Source: a virus
Strand: one strand, 5' to 3'
Length of the DNA stretch: 59,632 nucleotides
Virus record (IMG/VR): IMGVR_UViG_3300037308_000149
Span: 1-59,632 of that record
Every line of letters begins with the position of its first letter. Within the stretch, counting starts at the first letter, position 1. The notes beneath the pieces were generated by a model, which did no database searches, was not told where the DNA came from, and saw only the letters and a list, made by a program, of their open reading frames with translations. Positions 8,849 to 15,611 of the stretch are shown one piece after another. The position numbers were made by a program, and so were the translations under genes.

Positions 8849-9325
8849 TCAGGCAGCGCGGAAGAACCCAGCAGATGCGATCTGTGCCGTGAGGTCCGAA
8901 CCGTCCGTCGTCACCGAGAAGTCATGGTACGTGCACGGGATGCCCGTGGTGTCAGCACCAGAGGTGTCTGGGAAGTAGACAATGACCAACTTCCCAAGGG
9001 TGTTGTTGGTGGCGCCACCTGCCGTTGTCCATGTCTGGTCGGCGATGTCCAGGTCGATCCTGTTGTTGCCGTCGTCCGGAGCCGGCATCGTGATGTCGGA
9101 ATCCGTCAACGTCTTTCTGGCGTAGTTTGTGAAGTCGGCCTCATCGTTGGTCCCTGCCAACAGAGCCGAGATCGTGTCGTAGTTGTTGAGCGTGTCTTCC
9201 GCCTCAAGCCCTGAGGACTTCAGGAGAACGACCTTGAAGCCTGATGTGCTCGGGTCGTTGCTGTCGACGCGATAGAAGAACTCCGCGACGCGACCCTTGG
9301 CGATGTTGAAAACGCCATCAGCCAT
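8849..9325 (-). CDS. Hypothetical protein (possibly structural)
   Basis: 158-aa ORF. The ATG at 9325 overlaps the stop of the upstream 48-aa ORF. Confidence 0.65.
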   Translation of the reverse strand: MADGVFNIAKGRVAEFFYRVDSNDPSTSGFKVVLLKSSGLEAEDTLNNYDTISALLAGTNDEADFTNYARKTLTDSDITMPAPDDGNNRIDLDIADQTWTTAGGATNNTLGKLVIVYFPDTSGADTTGIPCTYHDFSVTTDGSDLTAQIASAGFFRAA

Positions 9326-9464
9326 TCTTCACTCCTTCCTTTCCTGCGCCGGATTTCTCGCCGGCCTGCCCAACCCCAACCAACTTCTCCCTGCTGCCAT
9401 CCGAGTAGATCGTGATGGTGTTGCCGAACTCGTCCTTCTCCTCCCCGACGATGACCTTGTCCAT
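9318..9464 (-). CDS. Small hypothetical protein (48 aa)
   Basis: Below the ORF-track cutoff. The ATG at 9464 is preceded by GAAGGAGGTAGCC. Product: MDKVIVGEEKDEFGNTITIYSDGSREKLVGVGQAGEKSGAGKEGVKNG. Confidence 0.4.
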   Translation of the reverse strand: MDKVIVGEEKDEFGNTITIYSDGSREKLVGVGQAGEKSGAGKEGVKNG

Positions 9465-9466
9465 GG

Positions 9467-9703
9467 CTACCTCCTTCTCTTCTTCCATCGCTTGATGGAT
9501 GCGCTTCTCTTGGCCAGGCCAGGATACCGCCGAGACACCGCACGGTAGACCTTCGCTTTCTCCTTCGGAGACCCGTGCTGCGCAACCCTCGCCAAGGCGT
9601 TTCGCGCATGGGCCAGGTCGTTGATGGGATACCCACGCTTGCCAGGGATGGCAAACTGCTTCGACTTCATCCGTTTGCGACCCTTGCTCGTGAGACGCGC
9701 CAT
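9467..9703 (-). CDS. Small basic hypothetical protein
   Basis: ATG at 9703. It carries the motif FAIPGKRGYPINDLAHARNALARVAQHGS, which I recall as common in small phage proteins. Confidence 0.5.
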   Translation of the reverse strand: MARLTSKGRKRMKSKQFAIPGKRGYPINDLAHARNALARVAQHGSPKEKAKVYRAVSRRYPGLAKRSASIKRWKKRRR

Positions 9704-9708
9704 GTCGA

Positions 9709-9834
9709 TCACTTCCGCTTCCTGCCTCGCTGCTTCCGCACGAACTTCGCTGCAGCCCGATCCAGAGCAGCGCCCTTGAGTCCTGTCAGACGACCGATGT
9801 TCTTCTTCGCCTGCTGCTTGCTGATGCCGGCCAT
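9709..9834 (-). CDS. Small basic hypothetical protein (41 aa)
   Basis: Below the ORF-track cutoff. The ATG at 9834 is preceded by GAAGGAGGTGAGC. Product: MAGISKQQAKKNIGRLTGLKGAALDRAAAKFVRKQRGRKRK. Confidence 0.4.
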   Translation of the reverse strand: MAGISKQQAKKNIGRLTGLKGAALDRAAAKFVRKQRGRKRK

Positions 9835-9860
9835 GCTCACCTCCTTCCTCGGCACCGCCC

Positions 9861-10214
9861 TTAGTCTACCGTATGGTTCTCATCATCCCTCCTGGTCTGC
9901 GCTTCAACCTTCAGCGCAAGCTGGAGACCGATGATGAGCAGAACAATCTGTAGCGTCGCCCAGAATTCTCGCCACGAGACCGGGCTCTCGTCAACAAGGA
10001 GACTGAACCGACGAGACGCACCGTATCCTGCAACGATTGCGATGCCAGTGCCCAGCCAGACAACAGCCGTCCACATCTTCCTGATGTGATGACGATCGTG
10101 GTTGCTCTGTCGCTCTCGGAACGCACGCCATACGGTGTAGCACGCCAGTCCGAACAGGATGCCGTACAAGGCGATCCCCACAGACCTCGTCGCATCGACA
10201 ACCGTAGATGACAT
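9861..10214 (-). CDS. Membrane protein (about 3 TM segments)
   Basis: The ATG at 10214 is preceded by GGGAGG. Hydrophobic segments: IALYGILFGLACYTVW, AVVWLGTGIAIVAGY and LQIVLLIIGLQLAL. Confidence 0.55.
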   Translation of the reverse strand: MSSTVVDATRSVGIALYGILFGLACYTVWRAFRERQSNHDRHHIRKMWTAVVWLGTGIAIVAGYGASRRFSLLVDESPVSWREFWATLQIVLLIIGLQLALKVEAQTRRDDENHTVD

Positions 10215-10215
10215 A

Positions 10216-10428
10216 TCATGGCCTCCCGTTGCCGTTGCGAGAACGCCTGAAGACCCTTGCTCCCCAGATGGCCCCGATGACACCTGACATGATGAAGGCT
10301 ACTTCTGGACGAGGTTGGAAGTCCCTGATGAAGACAGCTGCACCATAGGTGATGGCCCAAACAAGAGACACCACGATGATGACGAAGACCTCAACCTTGT
10401 CACGAGCGGGCTGGGCCAACAGGATCAC
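10216..10428 (-). CDS. Small membrane protein (2 TM segments)
   Basis: 70-aa ORF with a GTG start. Hydrophobic segments: VFVIIVVSLVWAITYGAAVF and FIMSGVIGAIWGA. Confidence 0.45.
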   Translation of the reverse strand: MILLAQPARDKVEVFVIIVVSLVWAITYGAAVFIRDFQPRPEVAFIMSGVIGAIWGARVFRRSRNGNGRP

Positions 10429-10536
10429 CTACTTTCTGCGAAGACCAAAGACAGTCCAAGCCACAAGGACTCCGATGAATGCTCCGGCCGCAGACCAGAG
10501 GAAATACTGTGTGGACTCAACCATCCCCATCACCAT
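10429..10536 (-). CDS. Very small single-TM protein; start uncertain (10524-10536)
   Basis: MVMGMVESTQYFLWSAAGAFIGVLVAWTVFGLRRK. The start codons overlap the end of the TerS-like gene. Confidence 0.35.
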   Translation of the reverse strand: MVMGMVESTQYFLWSAAGAFIGVLVAWTVFGLRRK

Positions 10537-11119
10537 CGACGACCTCTCCTTCGATGATGTCCCCCTCTGTGAGTTCTGGAACATCAGCTGCCTGTCCATC
10601 ATGGCCAATGATAGCATTGGCAACCACCTTCTGCCATGGCGCTTCGGCTACAGTGACATCCATCCTTTCGATCGGCTTGCCCAGCACCCGGTCATAGAGC
10701 ATCTCAATCGCCCGGAGCTGGGTGCTGGTGATGAACTCCGGGTTGATCTTCTTGATGACCTCCATGTGCTTCTCGACTGCATACTTCAGCTCAGCAACGA
10801 ACGTGTGCTGGGCCTTGGCCATCATTCGTCGCGCCAGCTCCTGGTGGATGTCGATCGGAACAACGTGCGGCACACGGCCTCCCACACGCCTCCCGTTCTT
10901 GTCATAGTTGTACCGAGCACCACGGATGAGTTCCTCATCTGTCCATTCGGAGAGGTCTTCCTTGCCTTCCATCATGCGGACGACGTTGCGCCCCACCTTG
11001 ACGAGACCCTCGCCACTCTTCCACTTGTACACGGTGGACTTGGCCGTCTTGCTCTGTGGTCCAGACCTGCGCTGCTGCATGATGGTGGTCTTGTCGCTCG
11101 GTCGACGTCTACCGGCCAT
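10517..11119 (-). CDS. Possible terminase small subunit or DNA-binding protein
   Basis: The ATG at 11119 is preceded by GGGAGGG. The 200-aa product has a basic N-terminus, a helical middle (ELIRGARY..., IDIHQELARRMMAKA) and an acidic tail. The function call rests on general resemblance only. Confidence 0.4.
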   Translation of the reverse strand: MAGRRRPSDKTTIMQQRRSGPQSKTAKSTVYKWKSGEGLVKVGRNVVRMMEGKEDLSEWTDEELIRGARYNYDKNGRRVGGRVPHVVPIDIHQELARRMMAKAQHTFVAELKYAVEKHMEVIKKINPEFITSTQLRAIEMLYDRVLGKPIERMDVTVAEAPWQKVVANAIIGHDGQAADVPELTEGDIIEGEVVDGDGDG

Positions 11120-11216
11120 CAGCCCTCCCGATAGATGATGCGGTGCGCCCGAGGACCCCACCATGGGGCCCAACGATTGGGATCGAGATGGTCTATCCGG
11201 ACGCACCGCACCACGA

Positions 11217-11405
11217 TCACTCCTCGGCCAACACCATGTGATCGTCGGAGACGCCGAGGCGACGCATCGCCTTTTGGGCATCCTCAACGCTCTTGTATCC
11301 CTCGCCACCATCGGCGATGATCTGGCGATTCTTGAAGTCACGGATCCTGAAACGCCACTCGCCAGCAGCGTCCCTGTAATACTCTCCGACGTTATAGGTC
11401 TCCAT
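11217..11405 (-). CDS. DUF1508 (YegP-like) domain protein
   Basis: The ATG at 11405 is preceded by GGAGGGGATGAGGAAG. YYRDAAGEWRFRIRDFKNRQIIADGGEGYKSVEDAQKAM matches my recollection of the YegP repeat consensus. Confidence 0.6.
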   Translation of the reverse strand: METYNVGEYYRDAAGEWRFRIRDFKNRQIIADGGEGYKSVEDAQKAMRRLGVSDDHMVLAEE

Positions 11406-11691
11406 CTTCCTCATCCCCTCCGTCCTCTTCTGTCTCCAGGTCGTACACGGCATCCATCTGCTCCTGGATCTCGAAGTATCGGCGCGCATGGAGCAGCATC
11501 CCATCACGGAGCCATGGCGCCATGTCGGAGCTGTAGTCAGTCGCTAGCTCCTTCAAGCCAGACTCCGGAACAACGTACTCCGCAATGAGGACGTACCCAG
11601 TCAGCAGAGCACCCTCGGGGACAAGGACCTGCGTGACGATGGACTCGAGAGTCTCTTCGGCTTCCTTCTCTTCACGCTCGAGGTCGTCCAT
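11392..11691 (-). CDS. Acidic hypothetical protein
   Basis: The ATG at 11691 lies just after the upstream stop (11696). MDDLEREEKEAEETLES... with an acidic C-terminus. Confidence 0.5.
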   Translation of the reverse strand: MDDLEREEKEAEETLESIVTQVLVPEGALLTGYVLIAEYVVPESGLKELATDYSSDMAPWLRDGMLLHARRYFEIQEQMDAVYDLETEEDGGDEEDGDL

Positions 11692-11695
11692 TCCT

Positions 11696-12406
11696 TCAGC
11701 ACCTCGCTGCGTAGCCATTGATGAGCCACCAGCGACCCTCCATGTGGTTGTGGTAATGGTACCCACCGCTGTAGTAGTGCCACCCTTGGAACGGATCCCA
11801 GATCATGCTGGCGATGATCATCCTGCCGAGAGGAAGTCCGTCATCGCCATTCGTTGTCTGCCAACGCTTTCCGAGGGCCACAGCCTCGTATGCCGCGTCC
11901 TTCATGGCATCCATCGTGTTGAGGAACTCGTCGCTGGCATTGGCCCCATCGCCAGGGATGTTGTTGTTGTCCATCCATCGGCAGTGCTGGCTCAGTCGCC
12001 CAGAGGTGAACTTGTACACGCAGATGCCTGCGTTCCGACTGCCGCCGAACGTGGCATGCCACCACGTGTAGATAAGGTCGATGTCGTCGTTGCCGCTGGT
12101 GTCCTTGATCGCAGGGAGACTCTCCACCCAACGCGACACGATGGAGTACGGATGCTCCATGATGTCCACAACGATGACGTCTCCCTTGTCGTTGTTGGCT
12201 GCGGCCAGGACCTTCCACCTCTCCATCAGCTTGGCATGGTCATGGAAGATCTGACCGAACTCATCCCCTCTGATCTTCAGTCGCCAACCATCACTCGCAT
12301 TGCCCTTGCGGCGCGACTGGTCTGAGACGACATCAGCGGCATCACGCAACGACAGCGGAGGTGTGACATCTCCGTTAGGCTTCGACACCACGAGCTCCGT
12401 ATTCAT
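11696..12406 (-). CDS. Hypothetical protein with a His-rich C-terminal motif (GGYHYHNHMEG)
   Basis: The ATG at 12406 overlaps the upstream stop (ATGA). 236 aa. A metallo-enzyme role is only a guess. Confidence 0.6.
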   Translation of the reverse strand: MNTELVVSKPNGDVTPPLSLRDAADVVSDQSRRKGNASDGWRLKIRGDEFGQIFHDHAKLMERWKVLAAANNDKGDVIVVDIMEHPYSIVSRWVESLPAIKDTSGNDDIDLIYTWWHATFGGSRNAGICVYKFTSGRLSQHCRWMDNNNIPGDGANASDEFLNTMDAMKDAAYEAVALGKRWQTTNGDDGLPLGRMIIASMIWDPFQGWHYYSGGYHYHNHMEGRWWLINGYAARC

Positions 12407-12639
12407 CCGACGATCACCCCTTCCCTTGCCTTGCAAAGGACTGCTCCGCACTCGTGGCAGTGACAGAACCAGTCACGGCAGAACTGCGGCCTGTTCTCGT
12501 AGTCCATACAGAGCCGTGTCTGCCAGTTGAAGTTGACGCAGGACCATGTTCCATCCCACTGCTGCTTGAACAGATGGACGAGCTCATCGGGGACCGGACC
12601 TGGATTCCCGTGGCAACAAGACCCATCACACTCCTTCAT
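12403..12639 (-). CDS. YkgJ-type Cys-cluster (zinc/iron-chelating CxxCxxCC-like) protein
   Basis: ECDGSCCH...SCVNFNWQTRLCMDYENRPQFCRDWFC fits my recollection of the family pattern. Confidence 0.55.
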   Translation of the reverse strand: MKECDGSCCHGNPGPVPDELVHLFKQQWDGTWSCVNFNWQTRLCMDYENRPQFCRDWFCHCHECGAVLCKAREGVIVG

Positions 12640-12860
12640 CAGATCTTGATGTCCTTGATGGACTCAATGCCGCCATGCTTCCACTTGTCGGGCTCTGCCT
12701 CGATGTCCGCAGCAACATCTGGGTCCTGCTCTGTCCTGTAGATCAGCCGCAGCTTCTCCTCCGCGGTGGCTGTGCCATATACACCAGAGGCTGCAGGACC
12801 ACTGCCCTCGAACTCTGATGCGGCCAGCTTCTTCTTCTTGGGCCAGTACCACATCGTCAT
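12639..12860 (-). CDS. Hypothetical protein
   Basis: 73-aa ORF abutting its neighbours. Confidence 0.45.
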   Translation of the reverse strand: MTMWYWPKKKKLAASEFEGSGPAASGVYGTATAEEKLRLIYRTEQDPDVAADIEAEPDKWKHGGIESIKDIKI

Positions 12861-12948
12861 ATCGCCTCCTCTGGTGAGAGTTGGGGGCCGACCCGAGATG
12901 CGGCCAGCATCTCGCTTCCCCTGTTTGACGGGTCGGCCCCCAACGTCT

Positions 12949-13227
12949 TCATCGCTGCGTGATCCTCATGCCGATCCGTGTCTCGCCAACCTTGGCTGAG
13001 CAGGACAGAGCCGTGCCGTCCTTGCTTGGGGCACAGCGCACAGTCCCGCCCAGCTTGGCGATGCCAGCCACGAACACAGCCGCAGCGTCAGCAGCCAGCG
13101 TCACATACTCAGCAGCCATCGGCTTCTTCGCCGCAGGCTTCCGAACACGCTTCGCAGCAGGCCTTTTGGCCGCCGTCTTCTTCGGAGCTACCACGATCTT
13201 GCCTCCTTCTTCCGACGATGGACCCAT
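12949..13227 (-). CDS. Small protein with a histone H1-like Lys/Ala/Pro-rich N-terminal tail
   Basis: APKKTAAKRPAAKRVRKPAAKKP followed by a ~55-aa globular part. No clear RBS. Confidence 0.45.
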   Translation of the reverse strand: MGPSSEEGGKIVVAPKKTAAKRPAAKRVRKPAAKKPMAAEYVTLAADAAAVFVAGIAKLGGTVRCAPSKDGTALSCSAKVGETRIGMRITQR

Positions 13228-13242
13228 CAAGCGAAGTATACC

Positions 13243-13527
13243 CTATGTCTCCCTCCTTCCGTCTCTGTCAAATGGCAGATGCGAGGCCACAGAGAGTCCT
13301 GATGGCTTCCCATGCGGCCAACCACGAGACCCGACATGCTCACGCAGCCTCGAGAGAATCTCGTGACAACGCTGCTCTGTCCCTGTGCCCACGATGGTCT
13401 TGCCAGCAGGGCCGACAGCAACCACTGCGTGGCCACCCACCACACCGTTGTGCTTGCCGATCACCAGTGCTTCGGTCACTGCCAGGTTGCACAGCGATCC
13501 GTCCTCACATTCAACCCACATCATCAC
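13243..13527 (-). CDS. Hypothetical protein
   Basis: 94-aa ORF. Its start region overlaps the upstream stop. Confidence 0.45.
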   Translation of the reverse strand: MMMWVECEDGSLCNLAVTEALVIGKHNGVVGGHAVVAVGPAGKTIVGTGTEQRCHEILSRLREHVGSRGWPHGKPSGLSVASHLPFDRDGRRET

Positions 13528-13658
13528 TCCTCCCCATCGTCACCGTCGCCTACAATCTCAACCATGGACTCACGCAGCTGTACACAAGCGAACTGCTGGC
13601 ACTCGCAATCTGCCGCAGAGCACTCATGCTCTTCTCTGTCACACGATGAACACCACAT
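13524..13658 (-). CDS. Small Cys-rich protein (44 aa)
   Basis: Below the ORF-track cutoff. The ATG at 13658 is preceded by GGAGACGGAGGA. Product: MWCSSCDREEHECSAADCECQQFACVQLRESMVEIVGDGDDGEE. Confidence 0.35.
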   Translation of the reverse strand: MWCSSCDREEHECSAADCECQQFACVQLRESMVEIVGDGDDGEE

Positions 13659-13933
13659 CAGTCCTCCGTCTCCCTCTTCCGTCCGTACACCGCAACGATC
13701 GTCAGTCGGAACGTCTTGTCCTCAACAGCGATGTCAATCGTTCCGGAATGCTCAGAGACGTGCCCAGTCTCCCATTCCATCTCAGGCACCATCACGCCTC
13801 CGACCATGTACTCTTTGAGCGCCTCCTCGACGACGGCGACCAAGCCTCTTACGTCCACTCCGGATCCTCCTTTCTTCCCGAGTCGGCTTCTCCGGAAGCA
13901 TCTTCGCTTCCTCACCCAACCGAAGATCCTCAT
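13658..13933 (-). CDS. Hypothetical protein; the true start is probably internal (GTG near 13858)
   Basis: The globular-looking part is VDVRGLVAVVEEALKEYMVGGVMVPEMEWETGHVSEHSGTIDIAVEDKTFRLTIVAVYG. Confidence 0.4.
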   Translation of the reverse strand: MRIFGWVRKRRCFRRSRLGKKGGSGVDVRGLVAVVEEALKEYMVGGVMVPEMEWETGHVSEHSGTIDIAVEDKTFRLTIVAVYGRKRETED

Positions 13934-14069
13934 CGCTCATCAGATGCCATCGATGGTTGCCTCGGTGGCCAGCCCACAACACACAGGTCCAAGACCCAAT
14001 CGTCTCGACGGGGAAGTGCCCAGGTTCGCTGCGCAGCAGTACCTGGCGAACATACGGGCATCGCTCCAT
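13782..14069 (-). CDS. Small Cys/His protein with an Arg-rich tail; paralog of 33328..33555
   Basis: The ATG at 14069 is preceded by GAGAGGAGTGAG. It shares the motif GSWTCVLWAGHRGNH (compare GPTWTCVLNRGHVGKC) and the downstream SDEDLRLG (compare SDQERG) with the ORF at 33328..33555. Confidence 0.45.
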   Translation of the reverse strand: MERCPYVRQVLLRSEPGHFPVETIGSWTCVLWAGHRGNHRWHLMSDEDLRLGEEAKMLPEKPTREERRIRSGRKRLGRRRRGGAQRVHGRRRDGA

Positions 14070-14108
14070 CTCACTCCTCTCTCATCATATCCTGTCGGCT
14101 GCCTGCCA

Positions 14109-14678
14109 TCACAAGACATCATCCAGGATCTCCTGCCGAAAGCCGCCACGTCCAGCATACATCCTTCTCAGGAACAACACCAGATGCCTCAGGGCATCCT
14201 TGCTGTGCCGATTCTCTCCACGCAGATCGGCCATCGGGAACCCAAGGGCCTTCAGAACATCATCCGTCACAACGCCCTTCGCCTGCGATGGCGTCTGACG
14301 AACCACCGTCACACCGAACCAGTTCTCCTTCTGGCCCTCACGATGGTTCATGATGGACTGGATGGCCGAGATCGCCCCATCCAATTTGATCGGAACCAAC
14401 GACGACTTCTTCAGCGACTTGCCACCCACAAGCAAGAAATGGTCAGACGACTCCACCACCAGGATCCGCGAATGGAGACGCGTCACGCCCATCCCGATCT
14501 TCCATGACTGCTCCTCAACGGTCCCCGCAACAAGTCCCCACTCAAACTGCGCCGCATACTCAGGGTCCGCGACGCCCTTCCCCTTCAGAGGAGACTCGCC
14601 ATCCACCGCAAGCAAGAGAGGACACCACGCCAACCCAGTGGTCTCACCAGGATCGATCGCCAACACCGAGCCGTCCAT
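14109..14678 (-). CDS. ruvC: RuvC-like Holliday junction resolvase
   Basis: The ATG at 14678 overlaps the upstream stop (TGATG). It has VLAIDPGETTGLAW, VVESSD and NRHSKDALRH, the catalytic-acid pattern of phage RuvC-like nucleases. Confidence 0.75.
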   Translation of the reverse strand: MDGSVLAIDPGETTGLAWCPLLLAVDGESPLKGKGVADPEYAAQFEWGLVAGTVEEQSWKIGMGVTRLHSRILVVESSDHFLLVGGKSLKKSSLVPIKLDGAISAIQSIMNHREGQKENWFGVTVVRQTPSQAKGVVTDDVLKALGFPMADLRGENRHSKDALRHLVLFLRRMYAGRGGFRQEILDDVL

Positions 14679-14854
14679 CACATCCACTCCAGAAGCTCCG
14701 CATAGCAAACATCACACAGATCCGTCTCGCCCATCTTGTCAATCGGCTGAACATCATCGCCAACCTTCTTCACCTCGCGAACGAACACCTCGTGCCACCC
14801 TCCACTGCAATTCGCTGCGCATCGGTCACAGGTCACAACCTCCGTCTTCGCCAT
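14678..14854 (-). CDS. Small zinc-ribbon protein
   Basis: The ATG at 14854 is preceded by GGAAAGGAG. It has CDRC...CDVC pairs and is the first gene after the 14.9-15.1 kb intergenic element. Confidence 0.5.
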   Translation of the reverse strand: MAKTEVVTCDRCAANCSGGWHEVFVREVKKVGDDVQPIDKMGETDLCDVCYAELLEWM

Positions 14855-14905
14855 CACCGACTCCTTTCCCATCGCACAAGACGCCCTTCAAAGCGGCACA
14901 AGACG

Positions 14906-15106
14906 CTTCGCGCGAGAGATACGCATACGCGAAACGCCTCCCCTGCCCTCCCCGTTTCTTCTCCCTCCCTCCCTTCTGACTGACTGACTGAATCTAGTTC
15001 TAGACAAGACTACATCTTCCCCTACTCTACGTCGTAGGCCACCGGCCCTAGCACAACTTCGCGTATCCGTATCTCGCGCGCGAGCGATACGCAATACGCG
15101 AGATGG
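14906..15106. promoter_or_regulatory. Intergenic element bounded by inverted copies of a GATACGCATACGCG-type motif, with a C-rich (sense-strand G-rich) core
   Basis: The motif occurs at 14906-14936 (direct), 15057-15082 (inverted) and 15076-15106 (direct). There is no credible ORF between 14855 and 15107. Confidence 0.5.
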
Positions 15107-15107
15107 T

Positions 15108-15611
15108 TCACAGCAGGTCCTCCATCCTGCGGCGGTGCCCTGCAATGGTCTTCATGATGAGGACCGACGTGTACCTCTCACGCTTCGTGGTTGGCTCCGT
15201 GATGGCCGTAGCCGTCTCGAGCAGCGACAGCTCCGTCAAGAAGAACTCCGGCCAGTCAGGCCAGTTATGGAGTTCATCATCGGCGAACGTCGGGTGCTTC
15301 TTCAGCCACTGGTCGGCCTCAGAGAGGACCTTGTCGTAGACCGGCTTCCAGCTGCCCTTCATCTGGGTGTCCTTCTTCTTGGCTCCAGCTGGCGCCTTGA
15401 GATACGAAAGCAGGGCAGGTCCCTTCGCATGGAGCCACCAGCGCGCCTGGGCATACCCTGGCCAGAGGACACGCGACAGCACTAGGTTAACCATGCCAGG
15501 TGGCCACAGATCCTTCTCGCGGCACTGGATGGTCTCTGTGATGCCGTCCCTGAAGACCCGCACCTGGTCCTCCATGAAGAACTCCAGCCGTTCGATGCCG
15601 ACCTCATTCAT
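15108..15611 (-). CDS. Hypothetical protein
   Basis: The ATG at 15611 overlaps the end of the upstream gene by 8 nt. 167 aa. No motif recognised. Confidence 0.6.
   Translation of the reverse strand: MNEVGIERLEFFMEDQVRVFRDGITETIQCREKDLWPPGMVNLVLSRVLWPGYAQARWWLHAKGPALLSYLKAPAGAKKKDTQMKGSWKPVYDKVLSEADQWLKKHPTFADDELHNWPDWPEFFLTELSLLETATAITEPTTKRERYTSVLIMKTIAGHRRRMEDLL

Noticed and set aside
13940-14158. 72-aa minus-strand ORF overlapping 13782..14069
   Set aside because: It competes with an ORF that has a good RBS and a clear paralog elsewhere (33328..33555). Its own product is not protein-like.
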